This document shows positions 15,199 through 27,590 of a stretch of DNA of 64,000 bases, piece by piece. How positions within the stretch are numbered: the first letter of the stretch is position 1; each line of letters begins with the position of its first letter. Origin of the DNA: Guillardia theta CCMP2712 (lineage: Eukaryota > Protista > Cryptophyta); NCBI RefSeq assembly GCF_000315625.1, contig NW_005434637.1:122671-186670 (forward strand), in the 5' to 3' direction. The notes under the pieces were generated by a model. The model searched no databases, was not told the DNA's origin, and was given only the letters and a program-made list of their open reading frames with translations. A program made the position numbers and the translations under genes.

Positions 15199-17821
15199 CT
15201 AGAACCTGGTGGGACTGTTCGTGTCCTAGCCCCTCAAGTCGATTTCTCACCTCAGCCAGGAAATTCTCCCACGAGGCCTGAGAAGACAAGTCATCGAGAG
15301 GAGAGGCAGACAAGTGGCACTCACGACGTTGGACAGGTTGAAGCGTTTGGAAAGCTCCTGTGCATGCCAATCATTTCAACATCGCAACATGTCAAAACCG
15401 TCAACCTGACACAACAAACTCCACTCGCCCTGAGTCAGCAAAGGAACCATCAGACATGGGAAGCGATGACCAACAGTCTTCACCTCTGTCATCACTTTCA
15501 TGCCCATCGACGATAGCTGCTTCCACACATCTACAGGATCAACAAGCATACTGCCGTCTCCAATCTCATGGGGAGGACGCAGCAACTCGATCTTGTCAAG
15601 ACTTTGTGACCCCGCGGGCTGTCTGACTGTCATGTCGCTCTTGCTCCTTCTCCCCAGCTCGACTCCAGCCTGGCTCGTACTTTCTTCGCTCCTCTGCAGC
15701 GATCGTGCTGATTGTGATCCCGACGAGGTTGCAGCTTGCCGAACAGGCGCAAGAGTCGCGATAAGAGCAGCTCCGTCAAGGTCGTCTCTGGACCGGGAAA
15801 GCTTCCCCAGCTGTACTTTGAGCCTGTCGTTGATCATGGGCAGTTGACAATCTTGACCCTTGAGCTGGATGTTGGAATGGAGGAACTTGACGGAACTGTC
15901 TTGCTTGACTGTCTGATACATTTCTTTACTCCTCACTCTTTTGTTGTCCTGCTCCTCTCCACCACTGCCATCTCCTCCTGATCCTCCAATTTCTTTCCAT
16001 CTGACACATGCCCTTAGCTCTGCCATCATTACGTCATGAGAAAATCCGTCAAAGTGATCTTCAATCATGCACGCAAACTTCAGTTGCAGCCAAGATCTCC
16101 ACTGATCATTTACAAGATTGTACACAACATTCACAAGCTCCTTGACAGTCATCTCTTTCCGCGCATCTTCTTGGCAACTCAGGCTGGCTGTACAGTGGAC
16201 GGAAACAACCTTGCGGTATTTCTTGCCGTCTTCCACCATCTGCTCCAATTGCAAGGAACTCGGAAAGATCTGGAAATATGCGAACCAAGACCTCAGTGTC
16301 TCATTGTCAATGTGCTTGACATCCAGTTGACTGAATCCTTTCCCCAGCTTCAAGGAAGCTCCCTCCAAGGTCTTGAAAACTGTCTCCACCAACGAAGAAC
16401 CTGGTTCGTCTCTCCACCCAGACATCCCAACCTTCCAGACCTGAAGCATGGCCGTCAGAAAGTCAACATGTCAGTCATCAACGTACAAGTTCAGACTTAA
16501 CTTCATTCCATGAGGGGAAATTCCCTGTGAAGAGAAAGAGTGAACAACAGCCAAATCATCCGAAACATGACAACACAGCATCACCGTAGAAGGTGAAAGA
16601 TGATTCTTTTAGCTGCTTGATATTTGCTTTCTCCTTCTTGGTATCTATTCTTTCTTCATCTTCTGACTTCTCTTCCTGCGCAGTCTCTCGCAACCCCTCT
16701 ATCGTCTTCATGTCAGTCTTGGTCCTCTTTTGCTTCAGAGATATCTGCCTCACACAATGAATTAGAAATGACGGTCGCCCGCATTCAAGGTCATATTCAT
16801 CACCAGATCCTTGAAGTTCTTCTTTCCTAGAGACAACTTTGAACTCAACACGTCATATCGTTGAGCATCTGTTGTTCTGGACTTCTGCTGGCTCGGCAAG
16901 GAACCGAAAAGCTCCCGATGGGTGTTATGCACTAAGACTTCCAATCTTTCTTTCGCATCTTCTCGTGATTGCGCTTCCTTCCACATGTGGGCCTGCCTTA
17001 GGTATGTCTACCAAACGTGTTCACCATCGGAAAGAGCATAATCGCACTCACATCATTCACCGAGTGTCTCTTGAAGCTGACACTTCGACTTGTGTTTGTA
17101 GTCACGATGTCACTCGTCTGGCCAGGTTCCCACTTCGTGTCCTCTGCCCTCCTGGTGGTCAAGCTATTGACCTGTTAGCAGGTGCAAGGACATGTTTTAC
17201 TTCAGCTTGGCATCAAGACTATAGGCTGACCTTTACCGATGATATGATGGGTCGTCGGGTCTGCATATGTTCCTTGTCATCTTTCGTGAACGGGATGATG
17301 ATCGGACAGCCCTCTGCCAAGCTGCCGTCCTCCCTGCCTTCCTGGTGCTCAGCCGACTGTCGGCCATGGATGTTTCTTTCTCTGCTCCCCACGAGTTGCC
17401 TTCTGTTCTCCTCACGGCGCTCAATCTTCCGGAAGAGATCGAACTTGTCGGATCTCTGTGACGATCTCAACATTTCTTCTGACTCTTGCTCCAACTCCCT
17501 CATCGTGTGATGAAAGCGGTTGGAGGTTGAGTTGAAAATCTCATCCTCCTGCACCTCGCCCTCCTCCCACTTATCTCCATCTTCATCCTTCAGCTCCACA
17601 TCTATCTCCGCATGCTTCCAAGGCTTGCCAGGCCAGCCGATACTGGTTGCGGCTGGGGCCATAGGAGGGATGGCAGCCTTGCCCAGGAAGCTAGTGGAGG
17701 CGAAGACATAGGCTGGCTCAGGACCAAAGGTGCCATCATCAGCAAGAAGGAAGTTTACAGCTTCAAGGCTGCTGGAGAAGGGAGACAGGTGATCTGACAC
17801 CGTCCCTCGTAGGCGATGCAT
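15023..17821 (-). CDS. Hypothetical multi-exon protein (possible degenerate EF-hand-like segments)
   Basis: Long ORFs 17219-17821 and 15376-16449 plus smaller exons with GT-AG boundaries; no family recognised. Confidence 0.55.
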
Positions 17822-17927
17822 CGTCGATGGGTCAGTGAGAACCGCACGAAAACGAGCCTTTCAGCCTCAGGTCAAGTCCCCATAGTCCTCACTGTCCAAT
17901 CTGATCAGCCGCCTCGCTATCATGTTT

Positions 17928-18177
17928 TCATCGCTCTCACTAGCATCTCCTCTCCTCATCATCGCTCTCACTAGCATCTCCTCTCCTCATCATCGCTCTC
18001 ACTAGCATCTCCTCTCCTCATCATCGCTCTCACTAGCATCTCCTCTCCTCATCATCGTTCTCACTAGCATCTCCTCTCCTCATCATCGCTCTCACTAGCA
18101 TCTCCTCTCCTCATCATCGCTCTGACTAGCATCTCCTCTCCTCATCATCGTTCTCACTAGCATCTCCTCTCCTCATC
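17928..18177. repeat. 31-bp minisatellite, 8 copies (TCATCGCTCTCACTAGCATCTCCTCTCCTCA)
   Basis: Head-to-tail near-identical units with no spacers. Confidence 0.95.
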
Positions 18178-18817
18178 TTTCTCCTTCTTCTCTCCGTCTG
18201 CCTCCCTGCCTTGTGGTGCCCTCAAGCCATGAGCGCATCGTTGACACGGTCGCTCAACGGCTTGCTGACCTTTAAGAGCCACTATACTGAAGGCTATTCA
18301 TTTTCACTGCCTTTCTATTTATTCCTGAGGCAGACTCGGAACGATTTCTTTGGGTATGCGGGGGATGAGGCACAGAAGCATGGGAGAGAAACGAGGGGGA
18401 GGGGCGAGGGAGGAGGAGGGAGGGAGGGGGCGAGCAGGAGAGAGGGAAGGGGGTCAGGCAGTGGGAAGCGGGAAGCGGGAGGACGCCAGTCAGATGGATG
18501 GCAGAGGAGGAGGAGGAGGAGGAGGAGGAGGAGGAGGAGGACGAGCAGGAGGACGAGGAGGAGGAGGACGAGGAGGAGGACGAGGAGGAGGACGAGCAGG
18601 AGCAGGAGCAGGAGCAGGAGGACTGAGCTACAAGTAGAAACCAGAAGGAGTACCATTGAAGTGATCCGAGAATCTGAGCGCAAAATTCGACGAATCATAG
18701 CAGCCAGTAGTGCGGGCGATGCATCTAGTCCTTGTCTTGTCTTCAGTACATCTGACTTCAATCGCACAGAGTAGAGCAACTGATTCCCCTGGATAATTCT
18801 TCGACACCTCTGAAACC

Positions 18818-20522
18818 ATGTCTGTCTTGATCGAAACCTCTCTGGGCGACATGGTAATCCTCTGTAAGAACAAGGAATGCAGGAGCTGACTTAGTTCCAG
18901 GTGTTTGATCTTCACACCGACGTGTGCCCCAACGCATGCACCAACTTCCTAAAGCTCTGCAAGATCAAGTGACGAGCCTCGTTCGCCTCTTGCCGCCTCT
19001 GATGCTCGCTGCAGGTATTACAACAACTGCATCTTCCATTCAGGTAGCATGAGGGACTGTAAGTGCTGTGTGTGTCTTGCTGAACGTCTGCAGTGGAAAA
19101 GGATTTCATCGCTCAAACGGGAGATCCGACGGGTACTGGGCAGGGAGGGGAGTCGATCTTCGCAAAGGTCCATGGGCCAGAGCGCCGATACTTTGAAGAC
19201 GAGATTCATGAAGAGATCAAGCACAAGAATATCGGGACCCTGGCGTATGTCAACAAGGGCCCCAACACCAACGCATCGCAGTTCTATATCACCCTGCGCT
19301 CCGACATCGACTTCTTGGATGGCAAGTACACGATCTTCGGCGAGATCGCGGAAGGGGAAGAGGTGCTGGACCGCATCAACGCTTCTTATTGCGACAAGGC
19401 AAACAGGCCCTATCGAAACATCCGCATCAAACACACCCACATTCTGGACGATCCCTTCCCTGACATTCTCAGCATCCAAGAACCAGCCTCTCCTCCGCCA
19501 GCGCGTGATGAGCGACCCGAGGCAGACGATGAGATTGTTGAGGGAGACGACATGACGATCGCCGAAGCAGAGAGAGCAACGAAAGCTGCAGAGGCCAAGT
19601 CACGAGCTGTTGTCCTGGAGATGATTGGAGACATCCCTGATGCTGAGATGAAGCCTCCAGAGAACGTTCTGTTCGTCTGCAAGCTCAACCCGATCACTCA
19701 GGACCCCGACTTGGACATCATCTTTGGAAGGTTCGGGCCTTGCACTTCCAACATCATTCGAGACAAGAAGACAGGAGATTCTCTCAACTATGCCTTCATC
19801 GAGTTCGAAACGCAGGAGGCAGCTGAGGTTGCGTACGAAAAGATGAACAACGTGATCATCGACGACAGGCGCATCAAGGTCGACTTCAGCCAGAGCGCGT
19901 ACAAGCAATGGCGTTCCTTTAACCTTGAGCGTCGTGAGAAGATGATCAACAAAAGGAGAGAGCTGGCCAAGAACCTCCAGAGTCAGGGCGGCATCACCGC
20001 TCCCTCCTCCCAGGTTGTCGGTGGCAACGACTACCAGCGAGAAGTCAGCAACAAGTGGCACTCGTCCTCTACCCATGGGTCGAAGCCTTTCAGTGCCAAC
20101 GCTGAAGCTCGACTGGGAGGCTTCCGAGACAGGAAGGACGCTAAGGTGAGGAGTGGCAGTGGCTGCTTGAAGTAAAGTGAAGCGTTTGCAGGGTCGAGGA
20201 GGGAAGTTCGACATCAGCGGGTCCTCGAAACCTGAAAACGACTCCAAGAACGACAGCCGAGAAGACGGGAGAGAGGGGGAGAGGAATCGTTACCGAGACA
20301 GGAGCAGGGAGAGAGACGGAGACAGGGACAGGTGAAGCGGCTCTCACGCATTTCAACTATCTAAGTGAGGAGCAGGAGACCTCGCGACAGGTCACGAGAC
20401 AGGGAGAGATCGCCGAGAAGAGACAGGTGGAGAGGATGAGAGTTGCGAGGAGAAACTTCCTGACTTGCATCAGGGACGAGCGCAGGAGGGATCGTTCGAG
20501 GAGCAGGGAGCGAAGAAGGTAG
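18818..20522 (+). CDS. PPIL4: Cyclophilin-RRM protein PPIL4/CYP59
   Basis: MSVLIETSLGD, NFLKLCKIKYYN, FIAQTGDPTGTGQGGESI, RRM PPENVLFVCKLNP...IDDRRIKVDFSQS, R/D/E-rich tail. Confidence 0.97.
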
Positions 20523-20743
20523 ATCCTCGATGCTCGATGGCCTTTCATGCAGATCCGTTCACGTTATGGGATGAAGCGGCAAATAGGCAGGCAGACAGCC
20601 TTCGTTGAAGTGCTTGCAGAGGAATTTGCTTTGTAGGATGAAAACTATTAGACTGCAACACCCATTAGGCTCGAATCGCGGATTAGACTCCGCATCCTGC
20701 TACTATTGCTTGTTGCACTCTGCGATGTTGTGAATCAGCAAAC

Positions 20744-21913
20744 TTACTCCTCATCGCTACAAGATCGCCTCACCCTCATTGTCTTCCTGCGATTCTGAGC
20801 TATGAAGTTCGTCCTGGTGCTCGTTGACTGGGTCTTGATCCTCTCCTTGGGGATGTAGAACTCGCCCTCTAGCAGAGACTTCATCAGGGGCTGCATCCTC
20901 GAGTTGTCGATCTCGCTTCTGCTGCGATCAGCTCTGCGCCACTGAGGAGAAGATCGGTCCCCGTAGTAGAACTTTCCTGAAGGAACATGGAAGTCAAACG
21001 GATATGCGGAGCGATGGCATGCGGAGAGTGAGGAACGAGACTGAGGTTGGGTTGGCATGACAACACACGGAGAAGGATGCCAACATAAGCAACCGAGAAG
21101 AATCCAAGGAAGGAGTAACAACAGTCCACACAGAGGCTTCGACGCAAGGGACCAGTGTGGAGTATGGGCTACCTTGCATGATGCTAGTTAGCAAGGGTTT
21201 TGTTTCCTGGGAGACGTCATCCAGCATCTGACAATAGTTGTTGTTCCAGGCCGTGGTCAGCCCACTCCTGGAGATCGGCCTCCTTCCCTGCGGACGCTGA
21301 GGCCTGTGGTCTAACTGAAAGCTCAGACTCATCCCGTCGGTGGAGGGCGGGAGAAGGTAGCTGCCGACTATGTCCTGGAACTCCTTGAAGTCGATCTTAC
21401 CATCTCCGTCCCTGTCAAACACAGCAAGGATTGCGTCCATCTCGGACTGATTCATCGAGATTGAAAATTTGTCGCAGAGGAGGTAAAACTCTTCTCTATC
21501 GATCACGCCATTCCTGTCCCTGTCGATGGCCCTGAACGCTGACTGAACTCTGTTCCAATGCTGGTGAGGAAACAAAGACAGAAGTTAGCCATCATGATAG
21601 GTCGATGGTGATATCGCAGCGATCACTTGCCTGCTGCATCTTGAATAGGAAGTAGGGAGGAAGAGTTGCTTTCTTGTTGTTGACCGAGGATAAATCAATG
21701 CTCATCTCTGATCCAGCTTGTTTGCGAAATTCGTAGAGACTCTTGGTCTGAACATAAAGGTAAGCTCAAGAGTCTCACAACCAGTTTCCTCACCGCCGAA
21801 GAATTTGTTGTGCTAGATGAAGGAACAGACGATAACCCATCATGGTCATGAAAGTAAATTTTATGTGGCATCATGGCAGATCGCGGTCGTTCAGCTGACA
21901 CAAATTGAGTCAT
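20744..21913 (-). CDS. EF-hand calcium-binding protein
   Basis: Two canonical EF loops, DRDRNGVIDREE and DRDGDGKIDFKE. Confidence 0.8.
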
Positions 21914-22181
21914 TTTCGAGGAATCGAGCTTGCGTTCTTACCAAGTCGAGTCATTCCCTTCCCTTGCGTTGTTACCATGGGATAAAAGAAAACAATATGA
22001 AGAAGTCAAGGACAACTGACGACAGAACTGTTGTATGCTAGAGTGCAAATCAGTGCAAATCAGTGCAAATCAGTGCAAATCAGTGCATCTGCGTTGGTCA
22101 ACTCCTCCATTCATTTCATGTCCTTGTACGACCATGTCTCTATGGCTCCCAATCTAATTGTTACCCTATTTTCTCGTGAAA

Positions 22182-22262
<81 letters not shown>

Positions 22263-23114
22263 CGCACCTTCTCCTGCTGCTGCTGCTGCTGCAGCAGCAG
22301 CTGCTGCAGCAGCTGCTGCAGCACCTCCTCCTCCTCCTCCTCCTCCTCTCCCCTCTTGAACCTCCAGGCATGGTGCATGAAGCTTCTTGCCATAGCATGG
22401 CACCACCCACTCTCGCAAAGTCGCAAAACGGTCAAAACTATTATCCCTTGCGCACAAGTTGGACCGGACATCCTCCCACCCCCCTGAAGAGCACTTCTTA
22501 CCCACCCCCTTCGCCTGATTGGAATACCCTTTCTCCCCTGTACCCCTGTTTTGGCTGTCATGAAAGGGATACCAGGACCCCCACCCACCCTGGTGTCACT
22601 AAAACTTCGGCAACTGCCCGACTCTCACTGCCGCATTCCTGCCGTAACCACCCCTACCCGTAACCTCCGAATCATGGGAAAACTACCGGTACGAGACCCT
22701 GATGATTTCTGGGACCCAAAACTTGCACGTCCGCCTCAGTAACGGCGAAGCCATACTGAATTTTAACTTAACTTTCAGTGAGGACTCTCGGCTCGGCGGG
22801 TTCTCACAAACCTGTCGGCCCGCCCGGCCCGGGCCCGGCACGAGTGGCACACCGTGACCCGGACATCAGCAAGCACTGAAGGGCGCACAGCGGCAGACAC
22901 ACGGACTCCGGGACTCGAGGCCAACGGCTGGTTGGGTGACTCGACCATATCATAGCACGGTACAAGAGTTCGGACACCCCGTGTCGGACCCGGCATCTCA
23001 AACTCAGTAAGGAGGGACAAATCAGAGTCTCAAATCGAATGATCGCTGTAGATTTCAAACCAACAACAGAGCATGGCATTTGAAAAAACACAACATTGAA
23101 GCCAAACGTACACC

Positions 23115-26100
23115 TTACTGACATAGCACGTTGCGGAAGTTCACGTACTCCTTGTGCACATGCTGCTTCACGGTGTACATCTCCTCTAGCAGCACCTGCC
23201 ACCCCTTGTCACCCCCTCTCCTCCTCTCACCCCCTCCCGCCATCGACCTGGACCTCGCAGATGTGTCGTCGCAGGTTGAGTGTCTCGTCCCATTGCTTAA
23301 GCGGGATGAAAGTGCATGAGCCGTTCTTAGCGTTGACCGTCCATCCTACCTGCCCTCCTCCAGTCACTCCCTCTCCCCTCCTCCTCCGGTTCCCTCTTCT
23401 CTCCCCTCCTCTTCCGCTTCCCGCCAAGTCCCTCCTTTCCTTTCTCCTCTCGTCTCCTCCCTTCCCGCCCCCCCGTTTCTCCTCTCTCTCCCTCTTGCTT
23501 GTCGCACCTCAACACATATGCACAGGTCCCGATACCCTCCGCAAGCTCGAAGATCGTACCTCCTGTCATACCTGCCCTTCAAAGTCATCTCTTCCTTCTC
23601 CTCCTCTCTCTCCCCTCCCCTCCCTTTCCCCTTCCTCTGACCTGTTCTTGATGCTCGTGATGTTCAAGTACACCCCGTCACCGCGTCCCCCTTTTCCTGA
23701 CTGTACCACACATCCATCACACCCCGCGCAAGCCCCCCCTCTCCTCTATCACCTCCACGCCCTGCCGCCTCATCCTTCTCCTCGCTCATCGGCCCGCTTA
23801 GCCCTGCCGCCACCGCCGACATCGACCGCACCTTACTCACCCACTCCAGCACCTCCTCCACCGACTTCACCACCACTGTACACCGCACCAGGTCCGTCAA
23901 GCACGACGGGTCCCGGTGGTACGACCTCACGGTCTTCTGGATGGCTCGCTCGCAGGACTTCACCTTCCCGTGCTCCGTCCTACCCACGGGGTTCCACCCG
24001 CTTACCCAAAGCTGGAACGCCGCGCTCACCTCGTGTGCTTCCTCGAACAGCTTCTCCAGGCTCTTGCTCTCCTGCCGGATCTTCTTGCTCCTCACCGAGT
24101 ACCGCGACGCCCGCTTGCCCATCGCCCTTGACCGCACCCTCTCCCACAAGCCCCCCTCCCGTCTACTCCATGCCCCGAGCTTCTGCGAGATCTCCAGCAC
24201 TTCCCTGCTGATCTCCTCCAGCTTGTCCGTTGACGAGGACACGACCTTGCTCCAGGTCTTCTCGAAGCCTTCCATCGCCGCACTGAGATCCTTATACGTC
24301 TGCCGGTACGACAGCGAGTACTTCACGACGATGACGATGACGATGATCCAGCAGATGATTCCCACCACCAAGAATATCGGCCTGATGTTCTCCCGTATCG
24401 TGAGGCCGTCTCTGATGCAGTAAGCTCCTTGCAGCACAAACACTACGATCCAGGCATAATGCTGCATGAAGTGCACAAAGTACAGCACGATCGAGACGCA
24501 TGCTATCAGTATGAACGACGACAGCCCGATACCAGTCGGCCATGAAACAGCATGCTTTGCATCGAACTGGATGAAGTCCGAAGTCAACGAGATGATCTTC
24601 AGCCATACAATCAGATGTCCGGATCCTACCAAGACACGCTTGGCGTTCAAGGGCGTGCTATACCTACACGTCACGATCGCAGACAGATACAGCGTACCCC
24701 ATAGGAAGGCAAGGAAGGAGTCGATCACTTTCGACACTTGCACCGTCCTCGGTGTGAGGGACTCGTTTGTTGCAGGATCTGTGATCCAGATAGAGGTCCC
24801 TTCTAACATCCGCTGTACCATCACTGCCCCGAACAAGAGCTGGATCACTCCTTCAAACGCGATGCAGCACTGCGCGGGCGTCTTCAGCAGCGCTGTCTCC
24901 AGCGCGTTGCTCGACCTCAGCGCTAGTATCCCGTCCACGTCGTCGTCCCGGTACACTCGCAGCCTCGTGTTCAACGGCAGGAAACGCTCGTCCTCCGCAC
25001 AGCCCCTCACCATCTCCCCTATCGCCTTCACCGCCTCGTCGTAGAAAGCCTCCTTCGCTCTGTTGATCCCCTCGCACGTCCCCTCGCAGTCCTCGCACGC
25101 CCTCGCCCTGCTCGTCGACGTCATCGTGCTCACAGCTGACAGCCGGTCAAGCGAGTCGATACTCCGCAGCGCAAAGAACTCGTGCAGCAGCTCGTACGTC
25201 TTCGTCTCTCGCAGCACCTGCAGCATCTCTATCCCCCGTGGGTTGTGCTTCTCGAAGTGCCATACCTGCCCTGCTATCTGGGCCCTCAGCTCCTTCACAA
25301 GATGCTCCTTCAGCATCCCCCCCGCTTCCTCCGCGCTCCTCCTCACGTCCTGCTCCTTGCCCACCAGGTACACCCCGCATGCTCCGCTCACTGCCTCCGG
25401 ACAAGCCTCAAGCCCTAGGCTCCCCCGGCTCGTGCATGACAGCAGCCTCACCACCGCGTCTCGCACAGACACGCTCCTCAGATACCCCAGCAGCTTCTCC
25501 CGCTCCTCCTTCACTCCCGCCCCCTGCAGAAGTCCGCACGCCCTCTCGCTGTTCACCCCCGACCCCCTCCCGCTCAGCCTCTCCACTGCCTCCCTCAGCG
25601 ACACGTGCCCTCCTCCCTCGTCTCGCAGGATCGGTAGCACAAGCCTCGCCCTCCCGGCCTTCTTCTCCAGCAGGTAGATCATCGCCAGCGCAAGCTGCAA
25701 GAAGTCGTCCTCCCTGTCCGCCTCCTCCCGGATCCCTTCCAGCAGCCCCAGCACGCTCGTCACTCTCCCCCACGTGATCACCGGCACGAACATGGTGCAG
25801 TTGCACACGAACCTCTCCTTGCTGAAAGCCTGCCGGTTCACAGACAGGTACGAGATGCAGTCCACGTCCAGGTATGTCTTCTGAGCGTAGATCTTGAAGA
25901 GCCACGCCTCCTCCTCCTCCAGCTCCTCGTGCACCACCCGATGCAGCTCGTCCCGCGAACGCCTGCTCGTCGAAGCCCCCCCGCTCGCCCCCGGGCCCTC
26001 CCGGCAGGGGTCGGAGGCGATCGGCTTTCTTGGTGGGGTGCCAGCGGAGGATGAAGAAGTGCACGTTATCGTCGTGGGTCTGGAGGGAGTGCTGGGATCT

Positions 26101-26160
26101 GCGCTGGAGGACGGTGAGGCGGGAGGGCTGCTTGAACCGAGCGAGAAGCTTGGAGCTCAT
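23115..26160 (-). CDS. TIR-like/SAM-like/6TM/RelA-SpoT-like protein, copy 1 (1-bp insertion at ~25953: pseudogene or sequencing error)
   Basis: Five exons; KVKSCERAIQK, LTDLVRCTVV, IKNR, GGYRDL, HICEVQV, HKEY motifs; frameshift relative to copies 2 and 3. Confidence 0.8.
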
Positions 26161-27590
26161 TGCGGCTCAGAGATTATAAGGTTAGTTGCGTTGTTTGAAG
26201 ACAGATATTTTCTGTCACTCGCGCCCAATCGGGATCATCTTTGGGTTAAACACCGAGCCTCAAGGTCTTCGGGTATGTGTAAAGAGCCGAAGGTCATTGC
26301 GAGGAGCTGAAGCGAAGGGAGATCCTTATCAGTATAAGAGGAGCAGGGTAGGAGAGCATGCGAAGGGGAGAAGGCAAGGAAGATGCGGAAGATGGGAGGG
26401 GACGAAGACAAGGGGATGTTGGAGGAAGCCGAGGCGGACAAGGAAGGGTAGAGGAGAGCAGNNNNNNNNNNNNNNNNNNNNNNNNNNNNNNNNNNNNNNN
26501 NNNNNNNNNNNNNNNNNNNNNNNNNNNNNNNNNNNNNNNNNNNNNNNNNNNNNNNNNNNNNGGTGGGGAGGAGGGAGGGTGAAGGGATGTTAGAGCAAGG
26601 AGGTGAAGTAGAGAGGGGGAGGAGTGAGGAATGGAGGAGACGTTCTGGGGGATAAAGAGATGGTAGGGTGGGTGGTGTGGCTCATGTAGGTGCTTCAAAG
26701 GGGGTCCTCAGTGTGAATCAGGGAGGGGTCTACTTGATTGGATGGGGTCGGGTGCGGGCTTATGATTTGATATATATATATATATATATATATATTAAAC
26801 ACAAACAACTTACTTATAAAACATACGGAAAATGCGTTGCTTACTATAACTTGTTTTAGTATTATTTTTGAATGCCAACATTTGAGGAGATCTCCTTTTA
26901 TTTTCAAAAGTTATAAATAAGTTTCAACTATTGTCCACCCGGTTGCTACAGATCTTTACAACTGATCGCATCCAATCCTCAAAAAAACAGACTGAAGGGG
27001 GTGGGGTCCTCTTTCCTCGCCCCTCTGGGGTGGGTCAGAAAGTTAAGTAGCTAGAGGGGGGTGGGTAGGATGGTCCGCTGCAAGTCAATTACCGGAACCC
27101 TGCCATGGCATGATGTGAAAGGACTCTCATGCTCGTCCGGCGCCGCTCTTCTAGTGACGGCTCAGTCCCTGAGGACCAGCAGCAAGCACTTGACCAACCG
27201 AGCCTCCGCCAGAGATCGATGCTCGAGTCTTGTACTTGTGCCGCGGGAGGAAGGATAGCGGTAGGGGTCTGGAGGCCTCTTCAGCCATGCTGGCCCGCGG
27301 ACTGGCACCACGATGAGCCCTGCATGACCTGAGACATCACGACCAAACCATATGTAAGGAGATCACAGGAATGATGTTCAGCCTGCAACTCTTTCTATGA
27401 TCCCTTGAAGCCACCGATAGAATGTAGAACGGCAGGAAGGAACAACTCAGCTGAACCCTAACGATACAGACAAGCATAACGCGTTGCTCTACGCGGCACA
27501 ACGAGCCATTTCCCCTCACCCAGTCACACTGTACGTATCTCAAGAGCCTTAAGGCAACATAACTTTATTCCCCAGACTCAAACTGACATC

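Noticed and set aside
17928-18177. 31-bp repeats as a CRISPR array
   Set aside because: No spacers, no cas genes, eukaryotic context.
18211-18779. Arg-, Leu- or Gly-rich ORFs (also 22031-22663, 41951-42304, 46540-47035, 9985-10342)
   Set aside because: Translations of microsatellites.
23096-26310. Long plus-strand ORFs overlapping the array genes
   Set aside because: Antisense shadows of GC-rich coding sequence with no motifs.
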